Of a DNA stretch of 64,000 nucleotides, positions 34,574 through 45,874 are shown one piece after another. Position numbers and translations under genes: made by a program. The notes below the pieces were generated by a model, which worked only from the letters and a program-made list of their open reading frames with translations, was not told the origin of the DNA and searched no databases. Numbering within the stretch: the first letter of the stretch is position 1; every line of letters begins with the position of its first letter. This DNA is from an uncultured Hormoscilla sp. (GTDB taxonomy: Bacteria; Cyanobacteriota; Cyanobacteriia; Cyanobacteriales; Desertifilaceae), in the NCBI GenBank assembly GCA_963921275.4, contig OZ001293.3:768001-832000 (forward strand), given 5' to 3'.

Positions 34574-35677
34574 ATGGAGAAAATTAAGATAGCGATCGCA
34601 GGAATAGGAAACTGTGCGAGTTCATTAATTCAAGGGATTGAATATTACAAGGGGAAAGACTTCTCTGAGGCGATCGGATTGATGCATTGGGAGATCGGCA
34701 GCTATAAGCCCTACGATATGGAAGTTGTCGCTGCCTTTGACATCGATCGCCGCAAAGTTGGGTTCGAGGTGCATGAAGCTATCTTTGCCGAACCAAACTG
34801 CACGGCTGTGTTTTGCTCCGACCTGCCCAAAACTGGAGTGAAAGTAAGTATGGGCAAGGTGCTGGATGGATTCTCGGAGCACATGAAGAATTATGAGGAT
34901 AAATATACCTTCGTCCTCAGCGACGAACCCGAACCGGAGAAAGCAGATATTGTCAAGATATTGAAAGAGTCGGGCACGGAAATCTTGCTCAATTACCTGC
35001 CAGTAGGCTCACAGGAAGCAACGGAGTTCTATGCAGAATGTGCAGTGGATGCGGGAGTAGGATTTATCAATTGCATCCCGGTGTTTATCGCTAGCAATCC
35101 CCTCTGGGCAGAGAAATTCCAACGAAACAACATACCCATCATTGGGGACGACATCAAAGCGCAACTGGGTGCCACAATTACTCACCGCACCCTATCGGAC
35201 TTGTTCAAGAAGCGGGGGGTGAAGGTAGAACGCACCTACCAGATTAATACCGGGGGCAATACTGACTTCATGAATATGCTCAACCGCAGTCGCCTGAACT
35301 CGAAGAAAGAATCCAAAACCGAGGCAGTGCAAGCGGTGATGAGCGCTCACCTGGAAAAGGAGAACATCCATATCGGTCCCAGCGATTACGTGCCCTGGCA
35401 AAAAGATAACAAGGTGGCGTTCATTCGCATGGAGGGCAAACTGTTTGGGGACGTGCCCATGAATCTGGAAATGCGTCTGTCTGTAGAAGATTCACCCAAT
35501 TCGGCGGGAGTCTCGATCGATGCCATCCGCTGCTGCAAGCTAGTCCTCAATGCCAAAAAGGGTGGTATTCTCTATTCACCTTCCGCCTATTTCATGAAGC
35601 ATCCGCCCAAACAGTATACGGATGACGAAGCTTATCGGATGACGGAGAACTTTATTGCTGGCAAGCGTGCCGATTAA
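34574..35677 (+). CDS. ino1: Myo-inositol-1-phosphate synthase
   Basis: GIGNCASSL, NYLPVGS, GDDIK, GGNTDF, SKKESKT and DSPNSAG motifs. Confidence 0.93.
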   Translation: MEKIKIAIAGIGNCASSLIQGIEYYKGKDFSEAIGLMHWEIGSYKPYDMEVVAAFDIDRRKVGFEVHEAIFAEPNCTAVFCSDLPKTGVKVSMGKVLDGFSEHMKNYEDKYTFVLSDEPEPEKADIVKILKESGTEILLNYLPVGSQEATEFYAECAVDAGVGFINCIPVFIASNPLWAEKFQRNNIPIIGDDIKAQLGATITHRTLSDLFKKRGVKVERTYQINTGGNTDFMNMLNRSRLNSKKESKTEAVQAVMSAHLEKENIHIGPSDYVPWQKDNKVAFIRMEGKLFGDVPMNLEMRLSVEDSPNSAGVSIDAIRCCKLVLNAKKGGILYSPSAYFMKHPPKQYTDDEAYRMTENFIAGKRAD

Positions 35678-35838
35678 GCAGTGATATCCGATTTTTCCGG
35701 AACGGTGGCATCACTGTAGGGTTGAGGCGGGTAATTGTCTCGATATGAAGGAAGTTGTTGCGTGCATTTCGTATTCGCGCAACAACTTCCTATCGATCGG
35801 ATATAGTTGCTCCATTACAAATAATTTACAAAAGTATT

Positions 35839-36520
35839 ATGTCGGACTTACGCTTAAATCTGGGCTGTGGTGCAAAACATCTAGAGGGCTACATCAATGT
35901 GGACAAGTTTGAAAATCCCGACATCAGATTAGACTTGGAGACATTCCCTTGGCCGTGGGAAGACAATAGTGCGATCGAAATTGAACTGTCTCACGTACTG
36001 GAACATCTCGGACAGTAGACAGAAGTCTATCTGAAAATCATCCAGGAGATATATCGGATCTGTAAAGCAGGGGCAAAGGTGCATGTGAGAGTCCCCCACC
36101 ATCGCCACGATGATTTACTCCACGATCCGACCCACGTGCGGGCAATCACTCCCTTTAGTTTGAGCATGTTTTCCCAAAAACTGAACCAAGAGTGGCAAGC
36201 AAACGGAGATGCTACTACGCCACTGGGTCTAGATCTGGGTGTTAACTTCGATTTGGTGGAGACTATCTATATCCCTAGCGAACTTTGGTACTCTCGGGAA
36301 GGCGATCGGGCTGATGATACAGATTATCTCCTGGAACAGAGTACACTGTACAATAACCGGCGTTGCACAATCACGGGATGATGGGTCTCTTTGCATAAGT
36401 CTTAAACGTATACTATAAGCCACTTTTAGTTATGTGCAAACAATGGCATCATCCCCAAAATGTGCAACGCCCAATAACCTAATCAGAGAGATGGACATGA
36501 CCCTAGTGGCAGTCAAGTAA
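35839..36520 (+). pseudogene. Class I SAM-dependent methyltransferase
   Basis: LNLGCG, HVLEHL and DPTHVR motifs; TAG at 36016 and a MITE insertion. Confidence 0.82.
36359..36471. mobile_element. 113-bp MITE with IS1-like ends
   Basis: TIR GGCGTTGCACA; 8-bp TSD CAATAACC. Confidence 0.88.
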
Positions 36521-36576
36521 CAGTGGTAAGTTGTAAGTGGTCAGTTGTTAATTGTCAGTTGTGCAACAGCAATCAA

Positions 36577-36792
36577 CCGTTGCACATTTTTGAGATGATT
36601 CCATTTTTGTACAATGGAGGTCGTAAATCTGGTAAGTTTAGATTTAGCGTCGCTACCGCATTATGGTATTAGTCGGTTAAAACCGACTAATACCGAGTTA
36701 CCTGGGTACCGCCTGGTAACGCGGGGGTTTGCAACCCCCGGCGGGATGACAGCGAAGTGAGTATTCCGATCGTCCCATCATTATGCAACGCC
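36577..36792. mobile_element. Related MITE with a nested palindrome
   Basis: Ends CGTTGCACA...ATGCAACGCC similar to the 36359 element; TSD unclear. Confidence 0.6.
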
Positions 36793-36825
36793 CAACCATG
36801 AACCATGAACAATGAACCGTAAAAG

Positions 36826-38178
36826 ATGAACCAACAAACAAATAAAATAGACGCTCGAAGTCTGAAGCTTGCCCTGTCAGGACTGGAAATGATTACAGAC
36901 CCCACTCAGGTGGCTAAGTTATCCCAAGATTACCATACATTTAGCCCAGTTCTCCAACCCCTGCTGTCACCGAAAACGGGGGATATTGTCATTCGTCCTG
37001 CTAACGAAGCGGAAGTCTTGCGCGTTGCTGCTGCATGTGTAAAACATCAAGTCCCCCTAACGGTACGGGGGGCGGGAACGGGAAATTATGGACAATGCGT
37101 TCCCCTCCATGGCGGCGCGATCTTGGAGATGACGCGGATGCAGGAAATCAAAGAAATGAAACCAGGATGGGCCCGGGTGGAACCGGGAGTGAAACTGGCC
37201 CAACTGGATAAGCAAACTCGGTCAATTGGTTGGGAAATTCGCATGGCCCCCTCAACCTATCGTACCGCCACGATCGGGGGATTTATTGGTGGGGGTAGCT
37301 ATGGTCTTGGTTCGATTACTTATGGAGGACTGCGCGATCGGGGTAATCTGTTAGCAGTGCGCATCGTCTCCCTGGAAGAGGAACCCCGGGTTATCGAACT
37401 GCGGGGAGATGATGTCCAGAAAGTGAATCACGCTTACGGTACAAATGGCATTATCACCGAGTTGGAAATTCCCCTCGCCCCTGCTTATCCTTGGGTAGAG
37501 GCGATCGCCACCTTTAGCGATTTTATGGCAGCAGCAAAATTTGGGCAAGCATTAGGGGATGCCGATGGGATAATCAAGAAACTAATCAGCATTCATGCCT
37601 GGCCCATTCCCAAATATTTTACAGCCTTAAGCGAATATATTCCTGAAGGTACCCATGCCGCCTTACTAATGGTAGCAGAATCTGGATTAGAACCCTTGCA
37701 AAAGTTAGTGGGCGAATTTGGCGGTCAGATTACTTATGAAAAAGCAGCAGCATCAGCTGAAAAAGGAGTAAACCTAGGAGAATTTACCTGGAATCATACC
37801 ACATTACATGCCCGGACTGTAGATCCTTCCCTAACATATTTACAGAGTGGATTTCCTGCAGATCGAAATCTCCAGATGATGGAACACATGTATCGCTACT
37901 TTGGAGATGAAGTGATGATGCACTTAGAATTTATGCGGGTGAATAGTCAAGCAGTTCCCATCGGGTTACAAGTAGTGCGGTTTACCACGGAGTCCCGCCT
38001 GAACGAGATTATTCGCTATCACGAAGCACAGGGAGTGTTTATAGCTAATCCCCACACTTATATCTTAGAGGATGGGGGCAGAAAAGAGATAGATCCAGTC
38101 CAGTTCGAGTTTAAGAAACAGGTCGATCCCTACGGACTGCTGAATCCTGGTAAAATGCGGGCATGGGATTTACAGTAG
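36826..38178 (+). CDS. FAD-binding oxidoreductase (GlcD-like)
   Basis: RGAGTGNYGQ, ATIGGF and DPYGLLNPGK motifs. Confidence 0.9.
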   Translation: MNQQTNKIDARSLKLALSGLEMITDPTQVAKLSQDYHTFSPVLQPLLSPKTGDIVIRPANEAEVLRVAAACVKHQVPLTVRGAGTGNYGQCVPLHGGAILEMTRMQEIKEMKPGWARVEPGVKLAQLDKQTRSIGWEIRMAPSTYRTATIGGFIGGGSYGLGSITYGGLRDRGNLLAVRIVSLEEEPRVIELRGDDVQKVNHAYGTNGIITELEIPLAPAYPWVEAIATFSDFMAAAKFGQALGDADGIIKKLISIHAWPIPKYFTALSEYIPEGTHAALLMVAESGLEPLQKLVGEFGGQITYEKAAASAEKGVNLGEFTWNHTTLHARTVDPSLTYLQSGFPADRNLQMMEHMYRYFGDEVMMHLEFMRVNSQAVPIGLQVVRFTTESRLNEIIRYHEAQGVFIANPHTYILEDGGRKEIDPVQFEFKKQVDPYGLLNPGKMRAWDLQ

Positions 38179-38274
38179 GGCACCGGAGATATCCGCCAGT
38201 CGAGTTTTGGGAGGCGATCGCAAAAATGCTATAATCCACAACCTACCTTCGAACGCTAAATAAATTACTTTTTT

Positions 38275-38709
38275 ATGCCAGCTAGAGACACTTATCACGC
38301 TAATTTAATTAACGCTCTGGTAAAAGATGACTGGAGGATAACGGAGGATCCATTTATTATGCGCTGGGGATCGAGAGATTTGTATGTAGATATAGGTGCT
38401 AGTTTACTTATCGCTGCCGAAAAAGCAGAAATAAAAATAGCAGTAGAATTGAAAAGTTTTAAAGGTTATTCTCCCATGAATGACCTATAAAATGCAGTCG
38501 GTCAGTATATCGTCTATAACGATGTACTCGAAAAAATAGATCCTGATAGGGTTCTCTATTTGGCAGTGGATATCGATACTTTTGATGGCATATTTAGCGA
38601 ACCAATAGGTCAACTCATACTGGATAATGACCGCTTAAATATAATAGTTTTTAACCGAAATGAGGAGGTAATTGTAGAATGTATTCCACCGCTGAATATC
38701 AACAATTGA
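38275..38709 (+). pseudogene. xisH: XisH-family protein with premature stop
   Basis: MPARD..IAVELKSF..AVGQY..LYLAV; TAA at 38488. Confidence 0.85.
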
Positions 38710-39014
38710 TCGAAAATATTATCGGCGAATATGCTCAATTGCGCTACTCTCACGGGGAAGTAGAGAGACAACCAGTGTTCGACCGAGAAAATCACCAATA
38801 TTTATTAATGCTTGTGGGAATGGATGGTCGTAAAATGGTTCACGGCTGCTTAATTCATTTCGCGATCGTAGATGATAAAATTTGGATTCATAGGGACGGA
38901 ACAGAAGATGGTGTAGCAGGAGATTTGTTAGCAGCAGGGGTGCCCAAAGAGCGCATAGTCTTAGGATGTTATCACCCAGACACGCGCAAGATTACCGATT
39001 TTGCTGTTTGCTGA
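38679..39014 (+). CDS. xisI: XisI-family protein
   Basis: KIWIHRDGTEDGVA..GVPKERIVLG motif. Confidence 0.88.
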   Translation: MYSTAEYQQLIENIIGEYAQLRYSHGEVERQPVFDRENHQYLLMLVGMDGRKMVHGCLIHFAIVDDKIWIHRDGTEDGVAGDLLAAGVPKERIVLGCYHPDTRKITDFAVC

Positions 39015-39120
39015 TTTCAGGGGCGATCGGGCGGCGAGTGGTACTCTATTTTTGCGCTTGTCCCTGATTATGCTATTATAGGGGCGATCGCCTCTATGTT
39101 CGGAGAAAGGAAGGTAAATT

Positions 39121-39710
39121 ATGACGACAGCAACAAAATACGCTTGTGGACTGTAGAGGAATATCATCGGATGATCTCCAGTGGTATTCTTACCCGTGAC
39201 TCCTATGTAGAATTGTTAGAAGGTCGGATTGTAGAAATGAGCCGGAAAGGTCTACTCCATGCAGGTACTACCCAACGCGCTTCCGATTATATCAAAGCTC
39301 GATGACACGATCAAGCTCATGTCAGGATGCAATTGCCCGTTACTTTACCAACTTCCGATTTTTCCGGAACGGTACCGGAACCCGATGTGGCCGTAGTTAG
39401 GATCGATCGGGGTGCCTATGGAGATCATCATCCTACGCCAGACGAAATATTTCTGCTCGTAGAAGTCGCCGATACAACCCTAAGAATCGATCGCCTGGAG
39501 AAAGCGCCCCTCTACGCCAGGGCAAATATTCCAGAATACTGGATTTTAGATGTGAGCGATCGCCAAGCCTATATTTTCCGCGATCGAACTTCCGTTGGCT
39601 ATAGATCGTCTTTTGTTTTGCCAGATAATGCCGCTATTGCACTAAGAGCATTTCCAACAATAGAAATATCCCTATCCGATTTTTCCGGAACGGTGCTTTT
39701 TCTGCCGTAG
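39121..39710 (+). pseudogene. Uma2-family endonuclease
   Basis: WTVEEYHRM, EPDVAV, LLVEVAD and IPEYWI motifs; frameshift, stop at 39303, two 15-bp inserts. Confidence 0.85.
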
Positions 39711-40090
39711 TGGGTGCATCCTTCTGCCAAGCAAATATCGCTCATAAAAAAATAAAGTGATCGCACTGTTTGCAGTAAACACTTTAGTGTTTACCCGGTA
39801 ACAATATAAATTTGTAGTGCTAATTTATTCTGTGCGATTGGTTTTAAATTTGGGAGGCAAATAGAACATAATCCAGGGGAAAAGCATCCTATAGTTGAAA
39901 TATTTTGGCAGTATTAGTTATAGAATTTGATAAGGATGAATAATAGCTTATACCAAAACTGCAAGCCATGTTGCGCATGTTAAAAACAAGATGAATTTGG
40001 GAAATTACCTCGCAATCGCCGCATTATCACGCGATCGCTCCAAGCAGGAAACCGGGTCCGATTGGGAAAGAGAAAATGCAGGTATATGAT

Positions 40091-40539
40091 TTACAGTATG
40101 GCACCATAAACTGGCGCATACAGCTTCACATATTCATCATTTATTGAGATATCTGAGTTTAATAATTCTGCAATCTTCCTAACCTGAAGGTCTTGGTATA
40201 GCAGAATTTCTTGATATAAAACTCTGGCAGATTCATCATTGCAGATGCGGTAATGGAGGATCTTTGTCCATTCTGGGGCCCGCGCCATCAACTCAGGCAA
40301 AACCTTGACAAAAGCGAGCAATTGTGCTTTCATATCAAAGATTCCAGAAAATGGATCAAATCCCACATCACTTCCTGCTGCTGACAGCGATCGTCTAAAA
40401 CTAGATGCAACTTAGGTAAGCAGCGGTTTTCGGGATTTTGAGCGAGTTTAGTTAAGACATTCTCAAACGCAGCGATTTCAGAAGGCGATCGCATCAATCG
40501 ATTTGCCTGTAATATGTCAATCATTTTATCCGCATTCAT
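40091..40539 (-). pseudogene. Imm30-like immunity protein, frameshifted
   Basis: Two overlapping ORFs: NRLMRS..VLDD..LIHFLESFD..APEW..ILHYRI. Confidence 0.6.
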
Positions 40540-40551
40540 TGCGAACCAATC

Positions 40552-41487
40552 TTACTCGCGCGACACTGGCACATCATAAGTAAAGAAATCATAAGCCATT
40601 TTCGTGTGGGGGAAAATCGCCCGCGCTTCTTCGAGCAAATTATCCAGCCCGATCGCATTTCCCGGAGCGTAGCGGGGGCTAAAATGAGTCATAATCAACT
40701 GCTTCACCTGGGCTAGATGGGCCACTTGTGCCGCCATTGTACTTGTAGAATGGAGGCGATCGTAAGCCATTTGAGCATCAAGATGAGCAAAAGTCGCCTC
40801 GTGAACCAATACATCTGCCTGTTGGGCCAACTCCACCGCCCGATCGCAGAAGATGGTATCGGTACAATAGACAAACTTGCGCCCCGGTTGAGTCGGACCG
40901 CACAAAGAAGCACCATTAATCTGGCGACCATCTGGCAGTTCTACCCACTCGCCCCGCTTCAACTGACCGTAGACCGGACCCGAGGGAATGCCTAAAGCCC
41001 GAGCTTTTTCCACATTAAAGCGTCCCGGTCGGTCTTTTTCCGCGATCCGATAACCAAAGGCGGGCACCCGATGGTGCAAAGGACCGCAGCTAACCGTAAA
41101 TTCTTCATTCTCAAATATCACTCCCGGCTCCACCGCGTGGACCTTCAGGGGATAAGATAAATGAGTTTGGGAGTAGTGCAGACAAGCTTGTAGATACTCA
41201 TTCAGCTTCGGCGGACCGTAGATATCAATCCGTTCTATATTACCCGCCAAGCCGCAACTGGCCAACAGACCCATCAAGCCGAAAATATGGTCGCCGTGCA
41301 TGTGGGTGATAAATATCCGTCGCAACTGACTGACTCTCAGGTCGCTGCGCAGGAACTGGTGCTGAGTTCCTTCCCCGCAATCAAACAGCCAGACCTCTGC
41401 CTTTTGGGGTAACCGTAAGGCAATCGCCGACACGTTGCGCGATCGGGTGGGTACGCCGGAGCTTGTTCCTAGGAATGTAATCTGCAA
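40552..41487 (-). CDS. rnz: Ribonuclease Z
   Basis: FLGTSSG, DCGEGTQ, THMHGDH, HEATF and THFSPRY motifs. Confidence 0.96.
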   Translation of the reverse strand: MQITFLGTSSGVPTRSRNVSAIALRLPQKAEVWLFDCGEGTQHQFLRSDLRVSQLRRIFITHMHGDHIFGLMGLLASCGLAGNIERIDIYGPPKLNEYLQACLHYSQTHLSYPLKVHAVEPGVIFENEEFTVSCGPLHHRVPAFGYRIAEKDRPGRFNVEKARALGIPSGPVYGQLKRGEWVELPDGRQINGASLCGPTQPGRKFVYCTDTIFCDRAVELAQQADVLVHEATFAHLDAQMAYDRLHSTSTMAAQVAHLAQVKQLIMTHFSPRYAPGNAIGLDNLLEEARAIFPHTKMAYDFFTYDVPVSRE

Positions 41488-41682
41488 AACGCTTTTATAT
41501 CTATAATAGAGAGTTGATGTTAGTTCTGAGATGATTGTATCATATTAACCCGAAATCTCCATGGCAAAATCAAGAAACCTGGTTTTTTGCTCATACCGGG
41601 TTAGAGGGCTACGGCGGTCAGAAACCACTGCAGCGAACGGGCCGTCTCAGTTTCTCCGGTTAGAGTGAGGGGAAAAACACAG

Positions 41683-42858
41683 ATGATATTCCGACGATAC
41701 TTCCTGTTTGCCCAGCTAAGAAAACACTGGTGGGTGACTCTGCTATTGTGGATAGCGATGTTCAACCCAGCGCTAGCAGCTGCTTTAGAACTGCGAGTCG
41801 CAATAGAAGAAGAAGTCAAGCAAGTGCAAGTGGGCAGTTCCTCGGCGGCCACAGTCAAGAATAGTGCTGGGGAAACCCTCGGAGAACTGAGGGCGATGTC
41901 GGGGTTTGTCGCTCAACATCAGGATAGCACTGTTGCCCTGTCCAAATGGCAAGCTGGTCAAATTTGGATTGAACCCGCAGATAATGGTTTAGTCTGGATC
42001 GGCGATCGCTGGTATCGAGGGCGCGTCCTCCTAGTCCCCAGCGAGTCAGGACTCACTGCTGTCAACTACGTAGACATCGAACATTATCTGTACAGCGTCT
42101 TAGGAGGGGAAATGCCTCCCAGCTGGCCCCTGGAAGCCCTGAAAGCCCAAGCAGTGGCCGCCCGTTCCTACGCCTTGTATCAGCGGGGGAAAACTGCCAA
42201 TAAAATCTACGATCTCGGCGATACCACCGCTTGGCAAGTTTACCAAGGGGTCGAAGATGAATATATCAGCACCCAACAAGCCGTAAATGCCACAGCTGAT
42301 CAAGTTCTCATCCACGATGGTAAGATTATCGAAGCCGTTTTCCACTCCTCCTCAGGAGGGCACACGGAAAACGTGGAAGATATCTGGACAGCGTCCCTAC
42401 CCTATTTGCGAGCAGTCCCCGACTTCGATCAGAATGCACCCGTGTTCGAGTGGAAAAAAACCTTTTCGGGCGATATTCTCAGCAGTTTAATTAGCAGTGT
42501 AGGTAATATTTTATCCCTAACTCCAGAGCGTACCACACCTCACGGACGGATTACCACCATGAAAGTTATCGGTGATAAAGGGGAGAAAGTCGTCACTGGC
42601 AAGGAACTGCGTAAACTGCTAAGCCTGAAAAGCACTTTATTTACTATCAGTCCCCTTGGGGAAAGTGCCGATTTTTCCGGAACGGTGGATGAAAATTCAC
42701 CTCCAAGCAGTTTCCAAGTAGTCGGTCGCGGTTTCGGACATGGACTGGGCCTGTCTCAGTATGGCGCTAATGCCTTAGCTCGACGGGGATACAACTACCA
42801 GCAGATTTTACTGCATTACTATACCAAAACATCTCTTGCTCGCATTGAAGTCGAGTAA
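41683..42858 (+). CDS. SpoIID/LytB domain protein
   Basis: ALKAQAVAARSY, QVY.G and GFGHGLGLSQYGA motifs; carries an in-frame 15-bp insert. Confidence 0.92.
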   Translation: MIFRRYFLFAQLRKHWWVTLLLWIAMFNPALAAALELRVAIEEEVKQVQVGSSSAATVKNSAGETLGELRAMSGFVAQHQDSTVALSKWQAGQIWIEPADNGLVWIGDRWYRGRVLLVPSESGLTAVNYVDIEHYLYSVLGGEMPPSWPLEALKAQAVAARSYALYQRGKTANKIYDLGDTTAWQVYQGVEDEYISTQQAVNATADQVLIHDGKIIEAVFHSSSGGHTENVEDIWTASLPYLRAVPDFDQNAPVFEWKKTFSGDILSSLISSVGNILSLTPERTTPHGRITTMKVIGDKGEKVVTGKELRKLLSLKSTLFTISPLGESADFSGTVDENSPPSSFQVVGRGFGHGLGLSQYGANALARRGYNYQQILLHYYTKTSLARIEVE

Positions 42859-42893
42859 TTGAGCAATTGAGCAATTGAGCAATTGAGCAATTG
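42857..42893. repeat. 8-bp short tandem repeat AATTGAGC x4
   Basis: Seen directly. Confidence 0.85.
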
Positions 42894-43045
42894 AAAATTG
42901 TTGAATTGAGAATTGATTCTTCCCTCGTTCCCAGGGTCTCCCTGGATGCATGCGCGGTTGAGCACTGTGCCGCAGGGAGACGCTGGGAACGAGGCCAATT
43001 TTTGATTCTTTATTCATGTCAATTAACAATTGCTCAATTTACTAT

Positions 43046-43594
43046 TTACAAGTAAGCGTCTGGTTCTAAAACCCAGATCAGATAACCTTTTCTAGTTTGG
43101 GTCAACAGGACTCGATCCCCTTCGTTAGTTAATTGTAGAGCAATTTTTAAGGCTTTATCCCGATCGGGAACATTCTTGAGGAAACTGTAATATTTGCCAG
43201 AGACCTCAATAGCGGCCAATGTTTTTTTCACATCGGGCACCCTAATCTTACAGGGTTGATACTGCGATCGGTCTAAGATTGCCGAATTTGCTGAGGAGGT
43301 CGGGGGACTGGCAGGTTCAGAGGGTTTCTGCACAGATTTTAAGTATGCTTTTGCTTCCCACACCCAGATAGCATAGCCTTTTGGTGTAGCGGTCAAAACG
43401 ACCCTATCCCCCCGCTTGACTAGCTTTTCTGCTAATTCTACGGCTTTCTGCTGTGAGGGGACGACTTTCAGCAGACTGTAATACTTGTCCCCGACATTAA
43501 TTGCTGCTAAGGGGTCTGTCAGATCTGGCACCCAGATCTGACAACGGCGATACTCAGAGGGAGATTTTAAGATCGGGTAGTTTGGGTTTGACAC
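43046..43594 (-). CDS. Hypothetical protein with an internally duplicated domain
   Basis: Two copies of C.I.VPD..LAAI.V..KYYS.LK...KGY.IWV.E. Confidence 0.8.
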   Translation of the reverse strand: MSNPNYPILKSPSEYRRCQIWVPDLTDPLAAINVGDKYYSLLKVVPSQQKAVELAEKLVKRGDRVVLTATPKGYAIWVWEAKAYLKSVQKPSEPASPPTSSANSAILDRSQYQPCKIRVPDVKKTLAAIEVSGKYYSFLKNVPDRDKALKIALQLTNEGDRVLLTQTRKGYLIWVLEPDAYL

Positions 43595-43674
43595 GATAAT
43601 GAGGGAGATTTCTGCAGAATGCTATGCAAACGGGCGCTTGACTAGCCTTTGAGACTTTTCTTTAATTATAGCCA

Positions 43675-44055
43675 TTAGCCCATATCCAATGACTGATGTA
43701 GAATTAACCGGTTGCCCTGCGGATCGTAGGCGTAGATTTCTCTGCCGTGGGATGCGGTAGAAATCTCTCCAGGTGGTCGATCTCCTAGAGTCCGCAGATG
43801 GGCGATCGCCCTTTCCAAGTCATCCACTTCTAAGCATAAACTCATGCTACCACTGGATTTGCGCTCAAATTCTTGTCGATGGGAGTCTTTCGGCTGAAAA
43901 ATCCCCAAGCGTAACCCCGGCAGATGAAATTCCGCATATACCTGCTCGATGTTCACATCCGGTTGCCGTCCCAGCAAGGGGACATAGAATGCCAGCATTT
44001 TCTCCATATCCTCAGCCGCTAGGGTCACAAATGCTTGACTAAAATTAAAACTCAT
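43675..44055 (-). CDS. VOC/glyoxalase family protein
   Basis: LCLEVDDLE and YAYDPQGNRL motifs. Confidence 0.85.
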   Translation of the reverse strand: MSFNFSQAFVTLAAEDMEKMLAFYVPLLGRQPDVNIEQVYAEFHLPGLRLGIFQPKDSHRQEFERKSSGSMSLCLEVDDLERAIAHLRTLGDRPPGEISTASHGREIYAYDPQGNRLILHQSLDMG

Positions 44056-44066
44056 GCTACACAGGC

Positions 44067-44456
44067 TCAATCCAACCACTCACTGGGATCGGGTTGTTTG
44101 CGTTCCATTGCTTTGATATAATCTTTCAGCGTCCGCTTATAGTCGGCTGGCTTGGGCCGCTCAACTCGTACTCGGCCCGAATGGCCAGCCCGATTTTTCG
44201 CGCAGCGTTCGCGGGTCTTGGGAGGTTGGGGGGCCCGGGTTGGAGGAACGGTCAGGATCGACCGCAAGCGATCGCGAGCCTCATTGATTTGTCTCATTTT
44301 CTCATGAGCCTTCTGTTGCAGCCGAGGAAACTGGACAAAACGATCGGGGTGCCAGACGATCGCCAAATCCTTATAACCTTGGTGAATTTCCTCTAGGGAA
44401 GCCCCCGGTTCTAGTTCCAGGATTCTATAGTAGTGAGCTGCATCTGTCATATCCAA
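44067..44456 (-). CDS. DnaJ-domain protein
   Basis: YYRILEL..WHPD..INEA J-domain. Confidence 0.88.
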   Translation of the reverse strand: MDMTDAAHYYRILELEPGASLEEIHQGYKDLAIVWHPDRFVQFPRLQQKAHEKMRQINEARDRLRSILTVPPTRAPQPPKTRERCAKNRAGHSGRVRVERPKPADYKRTLKDYIKAMERKQPDPSEWLD

Positions 44457-44707
44457 CAGCCCTCACAGGACAAACACATTGCGATCGCAGTTTGCTCTGA
44501 TTTGAGCTGACTGAGACAAGTCAGACAGATATCGTAAAAAAAATATATAATATTAAGGTTTTGTTTAACTTAAGTTAACGTTTTATTAGTTTGCCAGTGT
44601 CCGGAAAGTGCTCAAACAGTTAAAAAACTTTAATCTGAAGCCAGTCTCAAGAGACTCTGGAAAACTAGAAAGCGACAACAGCAAAGGTATATGGGAGTTT
44701 GGTAAGA

Positions 44708-45874
44708 ATGAAGCTGGCAGCAAGAGTAGGTCAGGTAACGCCTTCCTTAACGTTGACTGTGACCGCCAAGGCCCTGGCGATGAAGGCAGAAGGGATTGAT
44801 GTTTGTAGTTTCAGCGCTGGAGAACCGGATTTTGAAACGCCGGCGCATATTAAGGCCGCAGCCCAGCAAGCACTGGATGAGGGAAAAACTAGGTATGGCC
44901 CGGCAGCAGGAGAACCGAGGTTGCGAGAGACGATCGCCCGCAAGCTGCAACATGAATATCAGCTGAACTATACGGCAGAAAATGTGATAGTCACCAACGG
45001 CGGCAAGCATTCTCTCTACAACATGATGATGGCCCTGATCGAACCGGGTGATGAGGTAATTATCCCGGTTCCCTACTGGGTGAGTTACCCAGAAATGGTG
45101 AAACTAGCCGGTGGTACGCCAGTGTTTGTACAGACAACAGCCGCTACTGGATATAAAATCACCCCCGCACAACTGCGTCAGGCTGTAACACCACAAACAA
45201 AGCTGTTTGTGATCAATTCTCCGTCCAATCCCACAGGGATGGTTTATACCGCAGCGGAGATTATTGCCCTGGGAGAAGTGGTGGTGGAGCAGGATATTCT
45301 GGTAGTTTCGGACGAGATTTATGAGAAGATTCTCTATGAGGGTGCAGAACATCTGAGTATTGGTGCAGTTAGTCATAAACTCTTTACCCGCACCCTCGTC
45401 AGCAATGGGTTTGCCAAAGCTTACTCGATGACGGGTTGGCGGGTTGGCTATCTGGCGGGTGCAGTAGAACTGATTAAAGCTTGTAGTACCATCCAAGGAC
45501 ATAGTACATCCAATGTCTGCACATTCGCTCAGTATGGAGCGATCGCGGCCTTGTCAGAGTCGCAAGATTGTGTAGAACGAATGCGCCTGACTTTTTCCCA
45601 ACGGCGTGAGGTAATGCTAGAAAGGATAAATGCCATACCCGGACTCAGCTGTGTAAAACCTTCAGGGGCGTTCTACCTGTTTGTGGATATTAGTAAAACC
45701 GGTTTGACTTCTCTGGAGTTTAGCAATTCTCTGTTAGAGTCGCAACAGGTGGCTGTGATTCCCGGAATTGCCTTTGGCGCTGACGACCATATCCGCTTCT
45801 CCTATGCCACTGACATGACTACGATCGAGAAAGGGATGGATAGGTTAAAAAAGTTTGTGCGATTGCTAAAATAA
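44708..45874 (+). CDS. aspC: Aspartate aminotransferase (class I PLP-dependent)
   Basis: [19 protein letters not shown] and [11 protein letters not shown] motifs. Confidence 0.92.
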   Translation: MKLAARVGQVTPSLTLTVTAKALAMKAEGIDVCSFSAGEPDFETPAHIKAAAQQALDEGKTRYGPAAGEPRLRETIARKLQHEYQLNYTAENVIVTNGGKHSLYNMMMALIEPGDEVIIPVPYWVSYPEMVKLAGGTPVFVQTTAATGYKITPAQLRQAVTPQTKLFVINSPSNPTGMVYTAAEIIALGEVVVEQDILVVSDEIYEKILYEGAEHLSIGAVSHKLFTRTLVSNGFAKAYSMTGWRVGYLAGAVELIKACSTIQGHSTSNVCTFAQYGAIAALSESQDCVERMRLTFSQRREVMLERINAIPGLSCVKPSGAFYLFVDISKTGLTSLEFSNSLLESQQVAVIPGIAFGADDHIRFSYATDMTTIEKGMDRLKKFVRLLK

